In this document: positions 40,552-53,960 of the stretch, in pieces
Layout: the number at the start of each line of letters is the position of its first letter
Position numbering within the stretch: the first letter of the stretch is position 1
DNA from: Squalus acanthias
Lineage: Eukaryota
DNA: 64,000 nt
Direction: 5' to 3'
NCBI GenBank assembly: GCA_030390025.1
Contig: CM059432.1
Span: 135,162,001 to 135,226,000, forward strand
Translations under genes and position numbers: made by a program
The notes under the pieces: generated by a model
Databases searched by the model: none
The model's input: only the letters and a program-made list of their open reading frames with translations
Told to the model about the DNA's origin: nothing

Positions 40552-42094
40552 GTGAGTGAAGGATTCAGCAAATGCCATATCCCACCATCTGCATCACAAG
40601 CCTCAGACACTGCTCAATGCACCACACCCCCATCACTCACCTACCAACAATCTCTACCGATCACCACTCACACCTCACAATCAGAGCTTCACTTCACCCT
40701 CACAACCTTACCACTGGTGCAACACTCACACCCACATCTCAAACCTTGCACACATTGATAACTATTCAGCTATGGCAGGCACATCACTCAAACACTTTGC
40801 ACTACACTCACTCACACGCTTCTTTCACTTGCAGGCCAAGGGTAGCTCAGGGGCCAGCTCCCGGGAGGGCGAGTTCGCGCGAGACTTCTGCTGCACAGGA
40901 CTCAGATAAGGATCTCAATGGGGCGGCTTTCAGAAGAAGGGTGATGGGCACGCACACCAAATTGATAGGTGCAATGGCAAGCCTGCCGGAGAGCCTTGTG
41001 GCAATGTCAAGGAGCGTGGAGGAGTCCGCCTCCCAACATTACACGGGGCTCTGCGCAGAGCTCGAAGCCCAGGATGTCCAGGCTGGAAATGATGGAAGTC
41101 TCCCGAAGAGACTGTGTCGACCCAGATGCGATGGTGCGTGTGATGGGTGATGTCGCAGCTGGCATTGCAGCACAGGTGGAAGCGACCCAACCTCTTAGTG
41201 CTGCAGTGGAAACGGAGACCGCTCTCATGCAGTCTCTGCTTGGTGCCATCCAAGCTCAGACTGCTCTCATGCAATCTCAGCTTGATGCCACCCAAGCTCT
41301 GACTGCTGCCATCGTGGCTGGGTTTACCACTGTCGACCAGGGCTTGCAGGGTATCACAGCAGCCCAGTAATCTGTGCTCCAACAGATTGCTAGGGATGCT
41401 GAGGCACCGCCCCAGGGGAGTGGCAGTGGGTCAGTGGAGCAGGACCCTACTGTCCTCTCTCAGGATGACAGCATTCCTGTTCTCACCACTGCCACTCCAC
41501 CATTGCCCTTGCCAGTGCCTGTTAGCTAGCCAGCCCAGACTGCTGCCGCCCGTGCAGCGGTGGTGCAGTCTAGCCGGGCCTTCTAGGACCAGAGCTGCTC
41601 AAGGTCATCCTGCAAGGCCATCTGAAGTCTCCCCCATGGAAACTCAGCAGCCTTCCACCAACCATGCCGCAGCCACTGGGGGAGCACTTTGTAGGAGCAC
41701 TAGTGTAGGAAAAGGTACGTGAACGGCAGGCACTAAGGGAATGCACAAGGATGATTAGTTCATATTGTTGCTGTGAATATGTGTGAAGTGATTTTTGATA
41801 AATTTATTAATTTTGGGGGGAATCTTTTGTGGTGTCTCTCATTTCAGCTTTGTGCCCAGGAGGACGCTGTGATATTCCGTGACGGAAGGACGGTATGATG
41901 GGGATGTGGTGAGCAACGGGGATCTGGGGTTTCATTCACTAAATCGGAGTCTGATGAGCCATTCACGGACAGCTATATGGAAGGGGGATTGGCTGCCTGC
42001 CTCATCCCTCCCTCTTCATTCTCTTCCTCTTGCTCCTCTTCCTCTTCCTCCTCCTGAGGTGGTCCCGCATTCCCTAGTGGCAAGGGCTGCGCCC

Positions 42095-42481
42095 TCACAA
42101 TGGCCAAATTGTGAAGCAGCAGACCACCACAAAATGGGACACCTGCTCCGGCATGTACTGGCGGGCTCCTCCCAAGCAGTCAAGGCAGCGGAACCGTTGC
42201 TTCAATAGCCCGATGATCTGCTCGATGATGTTCCTGGTGGCAGCATGGCTCTCATTATATGAGCGCTGGGCACGAGTGGTGGGGTTGGGGAGGGGAGTCA
42301 TCAGCCAGGTGCAGAGCGGATAGCCCTTATCTCTGAGCAGCCGCCCTCGAGTTTGCTGTGGTGGCTGGAAGATTGCTGGCACACCGGACTGACTCAGGAT
42401 GAAGGCATCCTGGCTGCTGCCAGGATAGCGGGCATTGACCATCAGGATGCGCTGGGCGTGGTCACACACCAACTGCACATC
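42095..42481 (-). pseudogene. Harbinger (HARBI1-like) DDE transposase C-terminal half
   Basis: VQLVCDH...ARYPGSSQDAFIL...LLRDKGYPL..WLMTP....YNESHAATRNIIEQIIGLLKQRFRCL, typical of DDE_Tnp_4. Confidence 0.9.
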
Positions 42482-42813
42482 AAGAGATGGTGCAAGGCAA
42501 AAGGAGATGGTAATGGGACAAGTTAAGAAACAAAAGATGGCTCTAGATGGAAGGCAGGAGAGATTAAGAGACATTAAGAGATCTGCACCATCTCTTAATG
42601 TCTCTTAATCTCTCCTGCCTTCCATCCTATCACAGACCTTCCCTTTTGTTCTTTCCTCCCCTCCCCCCTTTCCCTGCCCCTGCACTTGCTTAAAAACCTG
42701 TTCCATCTCCAGCTTTTTCCAGTTTTGATGAAGGGTCATTGACCTGAAACGTTAACTCTGTTTCTCTCTCCACAGATGCTGCCTGACCTGCTGAGTATTT
42801 CCAGCATTTTCTG
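42482..42813. mobile_element. Rearranged Penelope terminal-repeat fragment with internal perfect hairpin
   Basis: Shares sequence with 59460-59730 in both orientations. 37-bp perfect inverted repeat at 42546-42626. Confidence 0.85.
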
Positions 42814-43787
42814 GTCTAAGTTACTTACTTCTTTCCCCATTCAGCACCACTAGCACCAATGGGTTTCTCAATTGGAATTTCCCTATCTGGCAGAAAATAA
42901 GGACCTACGGGTGGTGTGGGGCAATGGCAGGAAGGGCAGGCTACATAAGAGATGCTCTGTACCCACACATCTGCACCCACAGCTAGAGGTGAAAATATTT
43001 CACTTTGCAAATGATTAATACTGGTGGAGGCTCCACTTCTCAAAAGGAAACTGCAACAACTACCCTGCCCCAATAGCATCACTAAGAGATGTGAATTCCT
43101 ACTAAACAACATGTTGGATGCTGCCTTGGAAACATCTATGTCCTTCTTTCAATGGTACTGCGTAAAATAAAGTATGCAACGGTGATCGATAGCTAGCACA
43201 AAGATTCCACCAACCACCCAGCTGCACCTATCTGGCAATGACTGTGCAAAACAGTCATCTCAGGATCTGGGTCAACAGAGAGACGATGTATTGCTGTGCC
43301 TTCTGCTGTGAGGGCACCTGAAGGACAACTGAAGCTATGACGCAGCCTAGGCCTGACATATGCACTCAAAGTAACGGTGAGCGTTCTGATCCGAAACTTG
43401 GCTGCACTTTCTTCCAGGCATGCTGCAATTCTGATCAATGGACGTGGCCCTGTGGAATAGCGCAGAAGGCATCCCTCCACACAATCAAATCATGCCGCAA
43501 AATCTCCACTTCTGCAGCCTTTAAAGATGCGGTCAGGTGCTCAGCTGCTCCATCTATTGCCTGTAAACTCACCCCTGCACCTTGGGTTTCCTTCTCTTCT
43601 CTTCTGCCTGTTTTTTGTCCGCCCCTCCCGCCTTATCACTGGCAACGACTGTTAATGGGTTGAGGTGCTTTCCGAGGTTCTCCAAAGACTTTCAGAATTT
43701 TAGCCCCTATGGTGACACTTCCGGTTAATTGTTCCTATCCTTTAAATTCCACTTATTTGTTCCCACCACGAGTCTGCTTTTCAGAAG

Positions 43788-43885
43788 GAAGAAAGACTTG
43801 TATTCATATAGCGTCTTTCACGACCTATGGACATCCCATAGTGCTTTACAGCCAATGAAGTACTTTAGAAGTGTAATGTAGGAAA
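43788..43885 (-). mobile_element. SINE 3' tail fragment
   Basis: aagacttgtattcatatagcgtctttcacgacc, same tail as the SINE family. Confidence 0.7.
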
Positions 43886-45204
43886 CCCATCCCAAACCTA
43901 CACCTGGTATTATGCTAATAAATTGACTTAGGAAAATTAGCTACAAAAGGAACACTTCCATTAGGGAGCCATTTAAACCATAACTACATCAAAAGAGGAA
44001 AATCTTTGCTTGAATGTTAATTTATACTGTCAAATTCCAACACTCCCCCAAGCCAATTATCCCTTCCTATCTATGAAGTTTTCAGTTTAAATAAAAACAT
44101 TTATATAAAATAAAATAAACTCAAATGTGTTAAAAACGGATATCAATGTTAATTAATACTTGTAATTTTTATTTAAAGAAATACTAAAAGATGTTAAGAG
44201 TGAGACTCAAACTGTAAAGACTGAAGGCTTATTCAGAATTTGAAATGGGATTGCACACTTAACGATTTGGGATTTCTTCCTTTGGTAATAACATGAGAAA
44301 ATCATTCTAGGCCTTCCTTGAGTGACGGAGCAACCTAAGAGCACTGTTGCCAGAAGAAAGACATCTGTACAATCTATTTATGTCACCAGTTAGTTTACAT
44401 GCAAACACAAAATGCAAATCTCTATTTGCAATACATTTTCTGTATTTGTACAGTGTTTAAAAAAAAAAGTAGCAGAACATAATTCATAGCTGTGGAGGAA
44501 TTGAAGCAGTTCAAAACCCGAAATTCACAAGGAAAGCAGATCCCCATTTTCTGCCAGGTATCTGTTCTTTCTGCCGGTTTCTACATTACCTTGCAAGGGT
44601 GAAACTTCCATCCACCCCTTACAAGGCAAATGACGAGTCAAGGGTGGGATTCCCTTAGCCAGGTGTCTCGGTCGAGGCTAGCACACCGAGAGGGATGTGG
44701 GATACAAAAACTACCTGTGGGGGGGTCCAGGCTTGGCAAAGGACCGCGACATCTGAAGAGTACAAGACTTTTTTTAAATTACTTGGCTCTCACAGTTCCC
44801 TGGTGCATGGGGAAGATGGAGGTCAAAAAGCGCTCCAAGTGGCATTTCCACCTGCCGGTTCCATGCAAGCTCCTGCCGGGGTAAGTGCAGGAGGGCACCC
44901 GTGTGAGCACAATCCCAGTACAACCACCAAGGTTGGCACCTGTGGAATTTCAGGGCCATACAGTTTGTAACTACTATGCTAAATTTGGGCAGTAAATTCA
45001 TTCACGTGAGCTATGCCGCACTGGTATCTTGCAGCTTGAAAACATTTTTAATTATCAAATCACCAACACCTAAAAAATGAGTAGCATAATTTTTACTCCC
45101 TCCAATTTTTGACCTTCCCTTTCTGAAGGTATGCTGTGCTATGCTCCATAGGCAGGAACGGCCATCAAGTACCACATCAAGTGGCTATTCTTCATGTGTG
45201 AACA

Positions 45205-45560
45205 TAGAGAATCATAGAATAGTACAGCACAGAAGGAGGCCATTCGGCCCATCAAGTCTGCGCCAGCTCTTTCGAAGAGCAATCCAGTTAGTCCCACTCT
45301 CCCGCTCGTTCCCCATATCCCTGCAATTTTTTCTCCTTCAAGTATTTATCCAATTCCCTTTTGAAGGCTACTATTAAATCTGTTTCCACCACCCTATCAG
45401 ACAGTGCATTCCAAATCCTAATCATGTCACCTCTGGTTCTTTTGCCAATCACCTCTCGTTATCGACCCTGCAGCCATTGGAAACAGTTACTCTTTATTTA
45501 TTCTATCTAAATTCTTCATGATTTTAAACACCTTTATCAAATCTACTCTTCGCCTTCTCA
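45205..45560 (-). mobile_element. CR1 3' end
   Basis: Same 3' UTR as 34493-34890. Tail reads (catagaat) on +. Confidence 0.8.
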
Positions 45561-47011
45561 CGTAGTGCCACCAATCTGAACAAGGAGAGGTTGGACTGAG
45601 CCCAATCCTGTAATTCACTGCGATTCACATGTACATCTTCCAACAGGTATCTCTGGATTGCGAGCAGCTTGTGCCTGTTGGGTGAGTAGGACTTGGTGCA
45701 GGATAAGATAGGATGCTGCTTTAAATTAAACTGTGGGCTTCAGACTAGGAGGCACAGGTTCAAAGCGGTACAGAGGAACTTTAGGTCTGATATGAGAAGA
45801 TTCTTCTTTCATGCAGGGAGCGATCAATACTTGGAATGGACTTCCCGGCAGAGTGGTGGTGGCAAAAAAACCTGCAGCAATGGAGAAAGTGCAGGGCTGT
45901 CCTGGATGGATGAATTAAGATAGGCCAAATGGATTTCCTTGTCCGTAAGTGCCTGGTGATCTTGTAAATGCAGATCAGACCAAACAGTGTTTAACTATTA
46001 TATGGTCAGGGAACTTTGCAGATTGAAATGTGATGGTCAGTGTCAGGCAGCAGTTAAGAAGCACCCAGCATGTTAGGATTCTTTTGCATCTGTAACCAGG
46101 TATGACATCTGGAATGCGAGGTCTGCATGTGCTAGGTAGACCATTTTTAATACGTTGAAATTAAAATAGATAAATAGATATAATTGAAAAATGTGCATTT
46201 AGAAAAAAATGCTTAAAGGTAAGACCACAATACTGCAGAGTTTGAAATATTTAATTAATTTATATATAGATCATATTGTGCTTTTAATCAGAACATCAAT
46301 CCAGTTTGTTTCCTTGGTTTAATTAGCACCATTGTTCCATTGATTGAAAATAACTGGTATGCACCATTATCAATTGTTTAGACATACAAAATTGCTCAGA
46401 TCATCCTGAATATTTCTGACATCTGCTTTTATGATTCATTGGACATAGCTACAAATGATTGTTGAGTTTGTCTCTACATCATAGAGGCTTTGGTTTTGCA
46501 TATCGAAGGGGTTAAAAGCAGAGGGACTAAAATGATACACAAGTTTTTTCAACAACGATTGTTTGAATGGATAGAAAGTTCTCAGAGAAATGAGCCCTGC
46601 CGTAAGGTAAGTGCATTGCAAACAGGAGATGAAGAAAAGACTGAAATTATCATGCCATTACCAGACCGCTGTTTATAATTTAACAGATTCGTAGAACGGG
46701 ATTTTGGAATTCAATCCAAACCCAGTCTTATGGAAGGGTGATTGGCTTTCTCACTGCATGTGTGTTTGTATTAGTAGTTTTATTATTTGCTGATTATTGG
46801 GCTTCATGTTAGCATTTAATTATAAATAAAGATATTGGGGATAACTTTAACAAATTCACACTCCTACTGCAGGACTTCACCTGCCGAGAGCGTGTTAACA
46901 GGAATTTGGGTATGGTGATTAGCGGTTCTTACGGGATTTTCCATTTATTCATTTGCCAGGATTGCAAATTCGGACAATTACTGCTATTATTTGATATCAA
47001 TTTGCAACTTT

Positions 47012-47445
47012 CATAGAATCATATAGCACAGAAGGAGGCCATTTGGCCCATCATGCCTGTGCTGGCTCTTTGAAAGAGCTATCCAATTAGTCCCACTGCC
47101 CTGCTCTTTTCTAATAGCCCTGCAACTCTTTCCCCTTCAAGTATTTATCCAATTCCCTTTTGAAAGTTATTATTGACTCTGCTTCCACCACCCTTTCAGG
47201 CAGTGCCTTCCAGATCATAACAACTCGCTGCGTAAAAAGAAATTGTCTTCATCTCCCCTCTGGTTCTTTTGACAATTATCTTAAATCTGTGTCCTCTGGT
47301 TACCGACCCTCCTGCCAGTGGAAACAGTTTCTCCCTATTACTCTATCAAAACCCCTCAGTTTTGAAAACTTCAATTAAATCTCCCCTTAACCTTCTCTTT
47401 AAGGAGAACAATCCCAGCTTGTCTAGTCTCTCCACGTAACTGAAT
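47012..47445 (-). mobile_element. CR1 3' end
   Basis: Homologous to 34493-34890. Confidence 0.85.
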
Positions 47446-48521
47446 AACATTGTTGTATATTTTGTGCGGAGTTGGAGGCCCGTATGTGGTTAGTGGAGAA
47501 TTTTGCAGCATAAGTTGAATCTACATTAACTCTCTGAAGGCAGAATACAGGCAAGTTACAGCTACTGAATCATAAGGGATCATGTACGCTTATGAGAATA
47601 GATATTCGACTGTTGATGAAGAAGACAGTATTAAAAACTCTGAACTGCAACAATGGAGATGAAAATAAATATGGCACATAATTCTGGAAGGTTTTCAATT
47701 TTCAATTTTTTTTTTACAAATATCAAAACAGTTTCTCCTGGGCAAAAAAGTCTGCTGCATAACCAAATGTGTCAACTTTATTAATATTGTCTTGATAACA
47801 CATTAAAAATAGTACGTAAAATATTGCACTCTTGTCCTACACCCTAACCAATACACAAAAGCAGAATCAACGTGTAGACTTTTGTTAACTGTGCAGGTAA
47901 TTCTGAAATAGCATGTTTTCAATAAGTAACCATAGTCTCAGAGGTGGTGGAAGTGCTATTATCAAAAGTATTATCCTTGCGTTAAGCATTGCAAAAAAGA
48001 CAGAAATTTTTTTACATGAGAGGATGCATTCTGAACTTGCAGAATGAAAAGCAGGCTGCTGCCAACTCATCGTGCTGCATCTCCCTGGGCAGAAAGACCG
48101 AATCTCCACTAATATACATGGCAGGTTCAGCATCAGCTGGCTCTCATTATGTTCAGCGTGGATCAGGATCCTGGACTCTGATCCCAGTGCTTCATTGTAA
48201 TTAAAACAAAATGTTTGACAGCATTCTGGCCTTAAGCTAGTCCAAAGGTATGATCAAACCAATATTGACTTATTTTTGGTACATCAAGGAAGCCATTGTG
48301 CAGTCAATATTTGTAGAAATACTATATTGTAAATAATGATTCAATACATCCCTAAATAATAAACCCATACAGAACCAAGATGTGAAAGAGTGGGCATCAA
48401 AACCACTGGGGATTTAGTCATGTTAAATTCATTTCCGTCTTTGGAAAGATTTAAACATATAAACACGGGCTTTTTTAAAAACTTCATACAAATCCATTCC
48501 ATTTTGAACCTAGATTCAGTG

Positions 48522-50612
48522 ATAAGAACATAAGAAATAGGAGCAGGAGTAGGCCATTCGGCCCCTCAAGCCTGCTCCGCCATTCAATGAGATTATGGCT
48601 GATCTGATCTTGGCCTCAACTCCACTTTCCCGCCCGCTCCCCATAACCCTCGAGTCCCCTGTAGCTCAAATATATGTCTATCTCCGCCTTGAATATATTC
48701 AATGACTCCGCCTCCACAGCTCTCTGGGGTAGAGAATTCCAAAGATTCACGACCCTCTGAGAGAAGAAATTCCTCCTCATCTCCATTTTAAATGGGCGAC
48801 CCTTATCCTGAAACTATCCCCCCTAGTTCTAGATTCCCCCACGAGGGGAAACATCCTCCCTGCATGTACCCTGTCAAGCCCCCTCAGAATCTTATATGTT
48901 TCAATAAGATCACCTCTCATTCTTCTAAACTCCAATGAGTATAGGCTCAACCATTCTTCATAAGACAACCCCTTCATCTCAGGAATTAACCTAGTGAACC
49001 TCCTCTGAACTGCCTCCAATGCAAGTATATCCCTCCTTAAATAAGGAGACCAAAATTGCACGCAGTACTCCAGGTGTGGTCTCACCAGTGCCCTGTACAG
49101 TTGTAGCAAAACTTCCCCACTTTTATACTCCATCCCCCTTGCAATAAAGGCCAATATTCCATTTGCCTTCCTAATTACTTGCTGTACCTGCATGCTAACT
49201 TTTTGTGTTTCATGTATGAGGACCCCCAGATCCCTCTGTACCGTAGCATTATGTAGTCTCTCTCCATTTAAATAATAATTTGCTTTTTATTTTTCCTACC
49301 AAAATGGATAACCTCACATTTTCCCACATTATACTCCATCTGCCAAATTTTTGCCCACTCACTTAACCTATCTACATCCCTTTGCAGACTCTTTGGGCTG
49401 GATTTTCCAAGCCCCGAGGAGGCGGGTATGGAGGCGGGACTGCCGGTAAAGTAGCAGAAAGTGGGGGCGGATGGCAAACCCGCCCCCATCCCGCCTCCGT
49501 GCCCTTTTGCCAGGAAGCGGGAAGATGTGCTGCTTCGGGTCCCGTCTCCTGGAGGCGGGAAAGGCATTAAATACTTTTAACTGCCTATTAACAGGTTCCC
49601 CTTTATCCACCCTGTTCGTTACATCCTCAAATAACTCTAGTAAATTTGTCAAACAAGATTTCCCTTTCATAAAACCATGTTGACTCTGCTTGATTGTATT
49701 ATGATTTTCAAAATGTCCTGCTATTACTTCCTTAATAATGGATTCCAGCATTTTCCCAATGACAGATGTTAGGCTAACTGGCCTATAGTTTCCTGCTTTT
49801 TGCCTCCCTCCTTTCTTGAACAGGGGCGTTACATTTGCGGTTTTCCAATCCGCTGGGACCCCTCCAGAATCCAGGGAATTTTGGTAGATTACAACCAATG
49901 CATCCACTATCTCTGCAGCCACTTTTTTTAAGACCCTAAGATGTAGGCCATCAGGTCCAGGGGACTTGTCAGCCTTTAGTCCCATTAGTTTGCCTAGTAC
50001 CTTTTCTCAGGTGATAGTCATTGTTTTAAGTTCCTCCCTCCCTACAGCCCCTTGATTATCAATTATTATTGGGATGCTTTTAGTGTCTGCTACCGTGAAG
50101 ACTGATACAAAATATTTGTTCAAAGTCTCTGCCATTTCCCAGTTTCCCATTATTAATTCCCCAGTCCCATCCTCTAAGGGACCAACGTTTACTTTAGCTA
50201 CTCTCTTTATATACCTGTAGAAACTCTTACTGTCTGTTTTTATATTTTTTGCTAGTTTACTTTCATACTCTATCTTCCCCCTCTTTATAATGTTTTTAGT
50301 CACCCTTTGCTGGTTTCTAAAAATTTCCCAATCCTCTGGCCTACCACTAATCTTCGCAACATTGTATGCCTTTTCTTTCAATTTGATACCATCCTTAACT
50401 TCCTTAGTTAGCCACGGATGGTTCATCCTTCTCGTAGAGTCTTTCTTTCTCACTGGAATAAAACATTGCTGAGAGTTATGAAATATCTCCTTAAATGTCT
50501 GCCACTGCTTATCTACCGTCTTACCCTTTAATCTATTTTCCCAGTCCACTTTAGCCAACTCTGTCTTCATACCTTTGTAATTGCCTTTATTTAAGTTTGG
50601 GACACTAGTTTC
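48522..50612 (-). mobile_element. CR1 LINE ORF2 pseudogene whose RT core is replaced by a Harbinger end (49395-49592)
   Basis: KSPGPDG, NYRPVSLTS, QHGF and RPHLEYC motifs present. The YLDFQKAF-to-FADD segment is absent. Confidence 0.92.
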
Positions 50613-51254
50613 AGCCTCACAGAATGCCCCTTTTGGGCAGTAAAGCATCAAGAGCGCACACATTTTTAATACATCACAGTTGTAACATTGCAAGCTTAAC
50701 TCAACGCAACCAACAGGAAAATGCACATTAGATGACTTCATAGGGTCTGCTGCGTACCAGCCACAAATATCTATCCAATTATTTCTCAGCATCAAAGCGG
50801 GCAGGAGAAATAAATGTCCAGCACAGTTTTTAAACAAAATTATCTTAATAGCATTCCAAATGTTATCTACTTGGCAGTAACTGTAATACCACAGAATGAT
50901 GTCCTCCACATTTTTTTGTCGTTTTGTAGATAAGTTCACAATGGAGAACAGTGGACACCATGAAGATAAAACATTCCTTGTCAATTCAGTTCCCATTTGA
51001 GATGAAAACGTGCATTTAAATTTGAATCTTTTCAATTACATACTGAACACAGCAGTAATTTTGCGATTGCTAATAGTATCATAGTGGAGATGAAGCTACG
51101 ATATGTGCCATCTAAATTTTCAACCCACGCTTGCTACGAGTGACGCTCTGCATTGGGAGCATAGCCTCGCAAAACTACCCCGTGGCATAAACAGAATTAT
51201 CAGAAAATGAGGAGTCATGGGATACCATTTATGTATATGTGGCTATGGGATACT

Positions 51255-51595
51255 ACCTCTATAACCTCCTCCAGTCCTACAACCATCCAAGAGCTCTGCG
51301 TTCCTCCAATTCTGTCCTCTTGCACATCCCCGATTTTCACCGCTCCGTCATTGGCGGCCGTGCCTTCAGCTGCCGAGGCCCTAAGCTCTGGAATTCCCTC
51401 CCTAAACCTCTCCGCATCTCGACCACTTTCTCCTCCTTTAAAATGCTCCTTAAAACCTACCTCTTTGACCAAGCATTCGGTCAGCTGTCCTTATGTAGCT
51501 CGGTGTCAAATTTTGTTTGATAACCCTCCTGTGAAGCGCATTGTGACGTTTTACTATGTTAAAGGCGCTAAATAAAGGCAAGTAGTAGTTGTTGT
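51255..51595 (+). mobile_element. L2 LINE 3' end
   Basis: GGRAFS...PKLWNSLP..LR...SFK.LLKTYLF peptide, L2-type tail. Confidence 0.85.
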
Positions 51596-52407
51596 TTCAC
51601 TCATGCTGTTGATCAAACTGACTTAACCGTTGATGGTTCTGGCTCTCCACCGTGTTATCTGCTGTTTTCATGTCGGTAACTCTTTTGAAACCCTTCAGAT
51701 GTAGGGTTAAAAACTTAAAAACAGACTTGAATTTCCACTGCTTGAATTGAGTCAATACTGCTGTTATCGGGACAACTCCCACAATATGCTACAAAGTCCT
51801 GCCAGTTCTCAGCTGAGTCACTAGGATGCTATGTGAGTTTTGTCAGTTCAGCTTCTTCGGTTTAGGGATATCTGTTCAAAATGGCGCTTATCACATGCAG
51901 TCTGTCAGTAAGATGTAGCTTCACTAATATAAATGGGGGTGTAGCATTGGACAAAAGAAGATATTGTCTCACATGTGAGATGTATCGGCTATGCTTATTT
52001 AAGAGAAGCATCACAATTTATGCATATTATAACGGAGAGAGACATCAAATGGCCTTGTTTCGCTTTCAAACACCACCCCCACAACTGAGCCTAATTAAGG
52101 CCTTTATCTTCTCACTTAAGTGCAAATAGCTTGGTTTATTAGGAGTTACTTATTACAATGGAGGAAGTAACTTGAGAAAAAAAATTCTGATATGTTTCTA
52201 CAAAGTGAATAAAAAAGGAAGCTATTGCATTGTTTTGCTAATAATGACAGCTGTAACAGAAATGGGCAGCTACTTTCATTTTGCCACTTGCCAATGCACC
52301 AGACATTTAACTCTTTAATTTCCAATTATATTTTTTTAATTTCCAATGATATGTTTTTTACAGTAAAGATTTCTTAAATGTGCAATGTTTTAATAAGAAT
52401 TATTAAC

Positions 52408-52958
52408 AGTTCTATGCACAGTTCTGGTCTCCATATGACAAAAAGCATTTGGAGGTACTGGAAAAGGTGTGAAAATGATTTACAAGGATGATACCAGAAC
52501 TGAGAGGTTATAACTATCAGGAAAGACTGATCAGGCTGGGGCTCTTTTCTCTAGAAAGGAGAAGGCAGAGGGGTGACCTAATAGAGGGTCTTTAAAATTA
52601 TGAAGGGGTTCGATAGGGTAGACGTGGGTAAGATGTTTCCACTTGTGAAGGAGTCCAAAATTAGGGGCCATCAATATAAGATAGTCACTAATAAATCCAA
52701 TAAGGAAATCAGGAGGAACTTCTTTACCCAGAGAGTGGTTAGAATGTGGAACTCGCTACCACAGGGAGTTGGTTGAGAGAAATAATATAGATGCATTTAA
52801 GGGGAAGCTAGATAAGCACGTGAGGGAGAAAGGAATCGAAGGATACATTGATAGGGTGAAATGAAGTAGAGTGAGAGGAGGCTCGTGTGGAACATCAGCA
52901 TGGACCAGTTGGATCGAATGGCCTGTTTCTGTGCTGTAAATTCTATTTAATTCTATGT
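52408..52958 (+). mobile_element. CR1 3' end
   Basis: cagttctggtctcca ... FFTQRVVRMWNSLP, CR1 3' UTR. Confidence 0.85.
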
Positions 52959-53560
52959 AACAATTACATGTTGTGGATCACTATTTTCATCAAACTGTAT
53001 TTTGATTTTCTGCTCAGTTTAGATCTCTTCACACCACAGGTCATCCTCAGAGTGAATAAGCGTGCAATCCTGCTAATAAGGCCTCCGTCAGTTCCACGAT
53101 TTGTACAAAGATGGATTGCACTGATGTGGCCCCGAATGTTATCTCGGTCACTGTGGAGAAGTTCCCAGCCTTGTTCAGTGTTGATTGTGCAGATGTCCCC
53201 AACCTTGCTCAGTGGCAACCCCTGATGGCAATGATCATATTTGGAAACTACATGGGGAAATTATGGATAAAGCACCAAATTAAAAGAAAAATGCAAACTA
53301 ATTATATTGTGGGTCTAAAATATTTTGCCTCCAAAACCAATGACTCTTGCAGTACAATGAATGAAGACAGAAATATATATTTTTAATTTAGTCACCTTGT
53401 TTGCTGTTATCAAGACACATTAAGCACTTGCAGGAAAGTTCATTAAGATATTGCTTGCAAGATGAAAACTGAAGTAGGCCAAACTCGGAGTATATAAAGC
53501 AGCATTAATTTAAGTTCCTGTGATTTTTTTAAACAGCATTAAAATTTTGAAGATGGAGGT

Positions 53561-53960
53561 AGAAACATAGAAAAATAGGAGCAGGAATAGGCCATTCAGC
53601 CCTTCGAGCCTGCTCCGCCATTCAATATGATCATGGCTGATCCTCTATCTCAATACCATATTCCCCCTCTCTCCCATACCCTTGATGCCTTTTGTGTCTA
53701 GAAATCTATCTATCTCCTTCTTAAATATATTCAGTGACTTGGCCTTCTGTGGTAAAGAATTCCACAGGTTCACCACCCTCTGAGTGAAGAAATTTCTCCT
53801 CATCTCAGTCCTAAATGTCCTACCCTGTATCCTGAGACTGTGACCCCCTCGTTCTAGACCCCCCAGCCAGGGGAAACATCCTCCCTGCATCCAGTCTGTC
53901 TAGCCCTGTCAGAATTTTATACGTTTCAATGAGATCCCCTCTCATTCTTCTAAACTCTAG
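53561..53960 (-). mobile_element. CR1 3' end
   Basis: LEFRRMRGDLIETYKILTGLDRLDAGRMFP. Tail reads gaaacatagaaa on +. Confidence 0.9.

Larger units (their letters stand above)
39869..42481. mobile_element. Decayed two-gene PIF/Harbinger transposon (Myb/SANT-like gene on +, DDE transposase on -, convergent)
   Basis: Possible left end ggcctagatatt. See the two pseudogene features. The right part is interrupted by a Penelope fragment. Confidence 0.85.

Noticed and set aside
43150..43710. Possible right end of the 39869 Harbinger (gaattttagcccc at about 43695-43707)
   Set aside because: Poor TIR match, no TSD and no transposase N-terminal similarity visible.
44870..44910. Peptide VSAGGHP resembling NFAT ASAGGHP
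   Set aside because: Wrong strand, and no upstream HHRAHYETEGSRG.
50007..51035. 342-aa ORF as a gene
   Set aside because: The C-terminal part is CR1 ORF2 linker sequence and the N-terminal part is read-through into non-coding flank.
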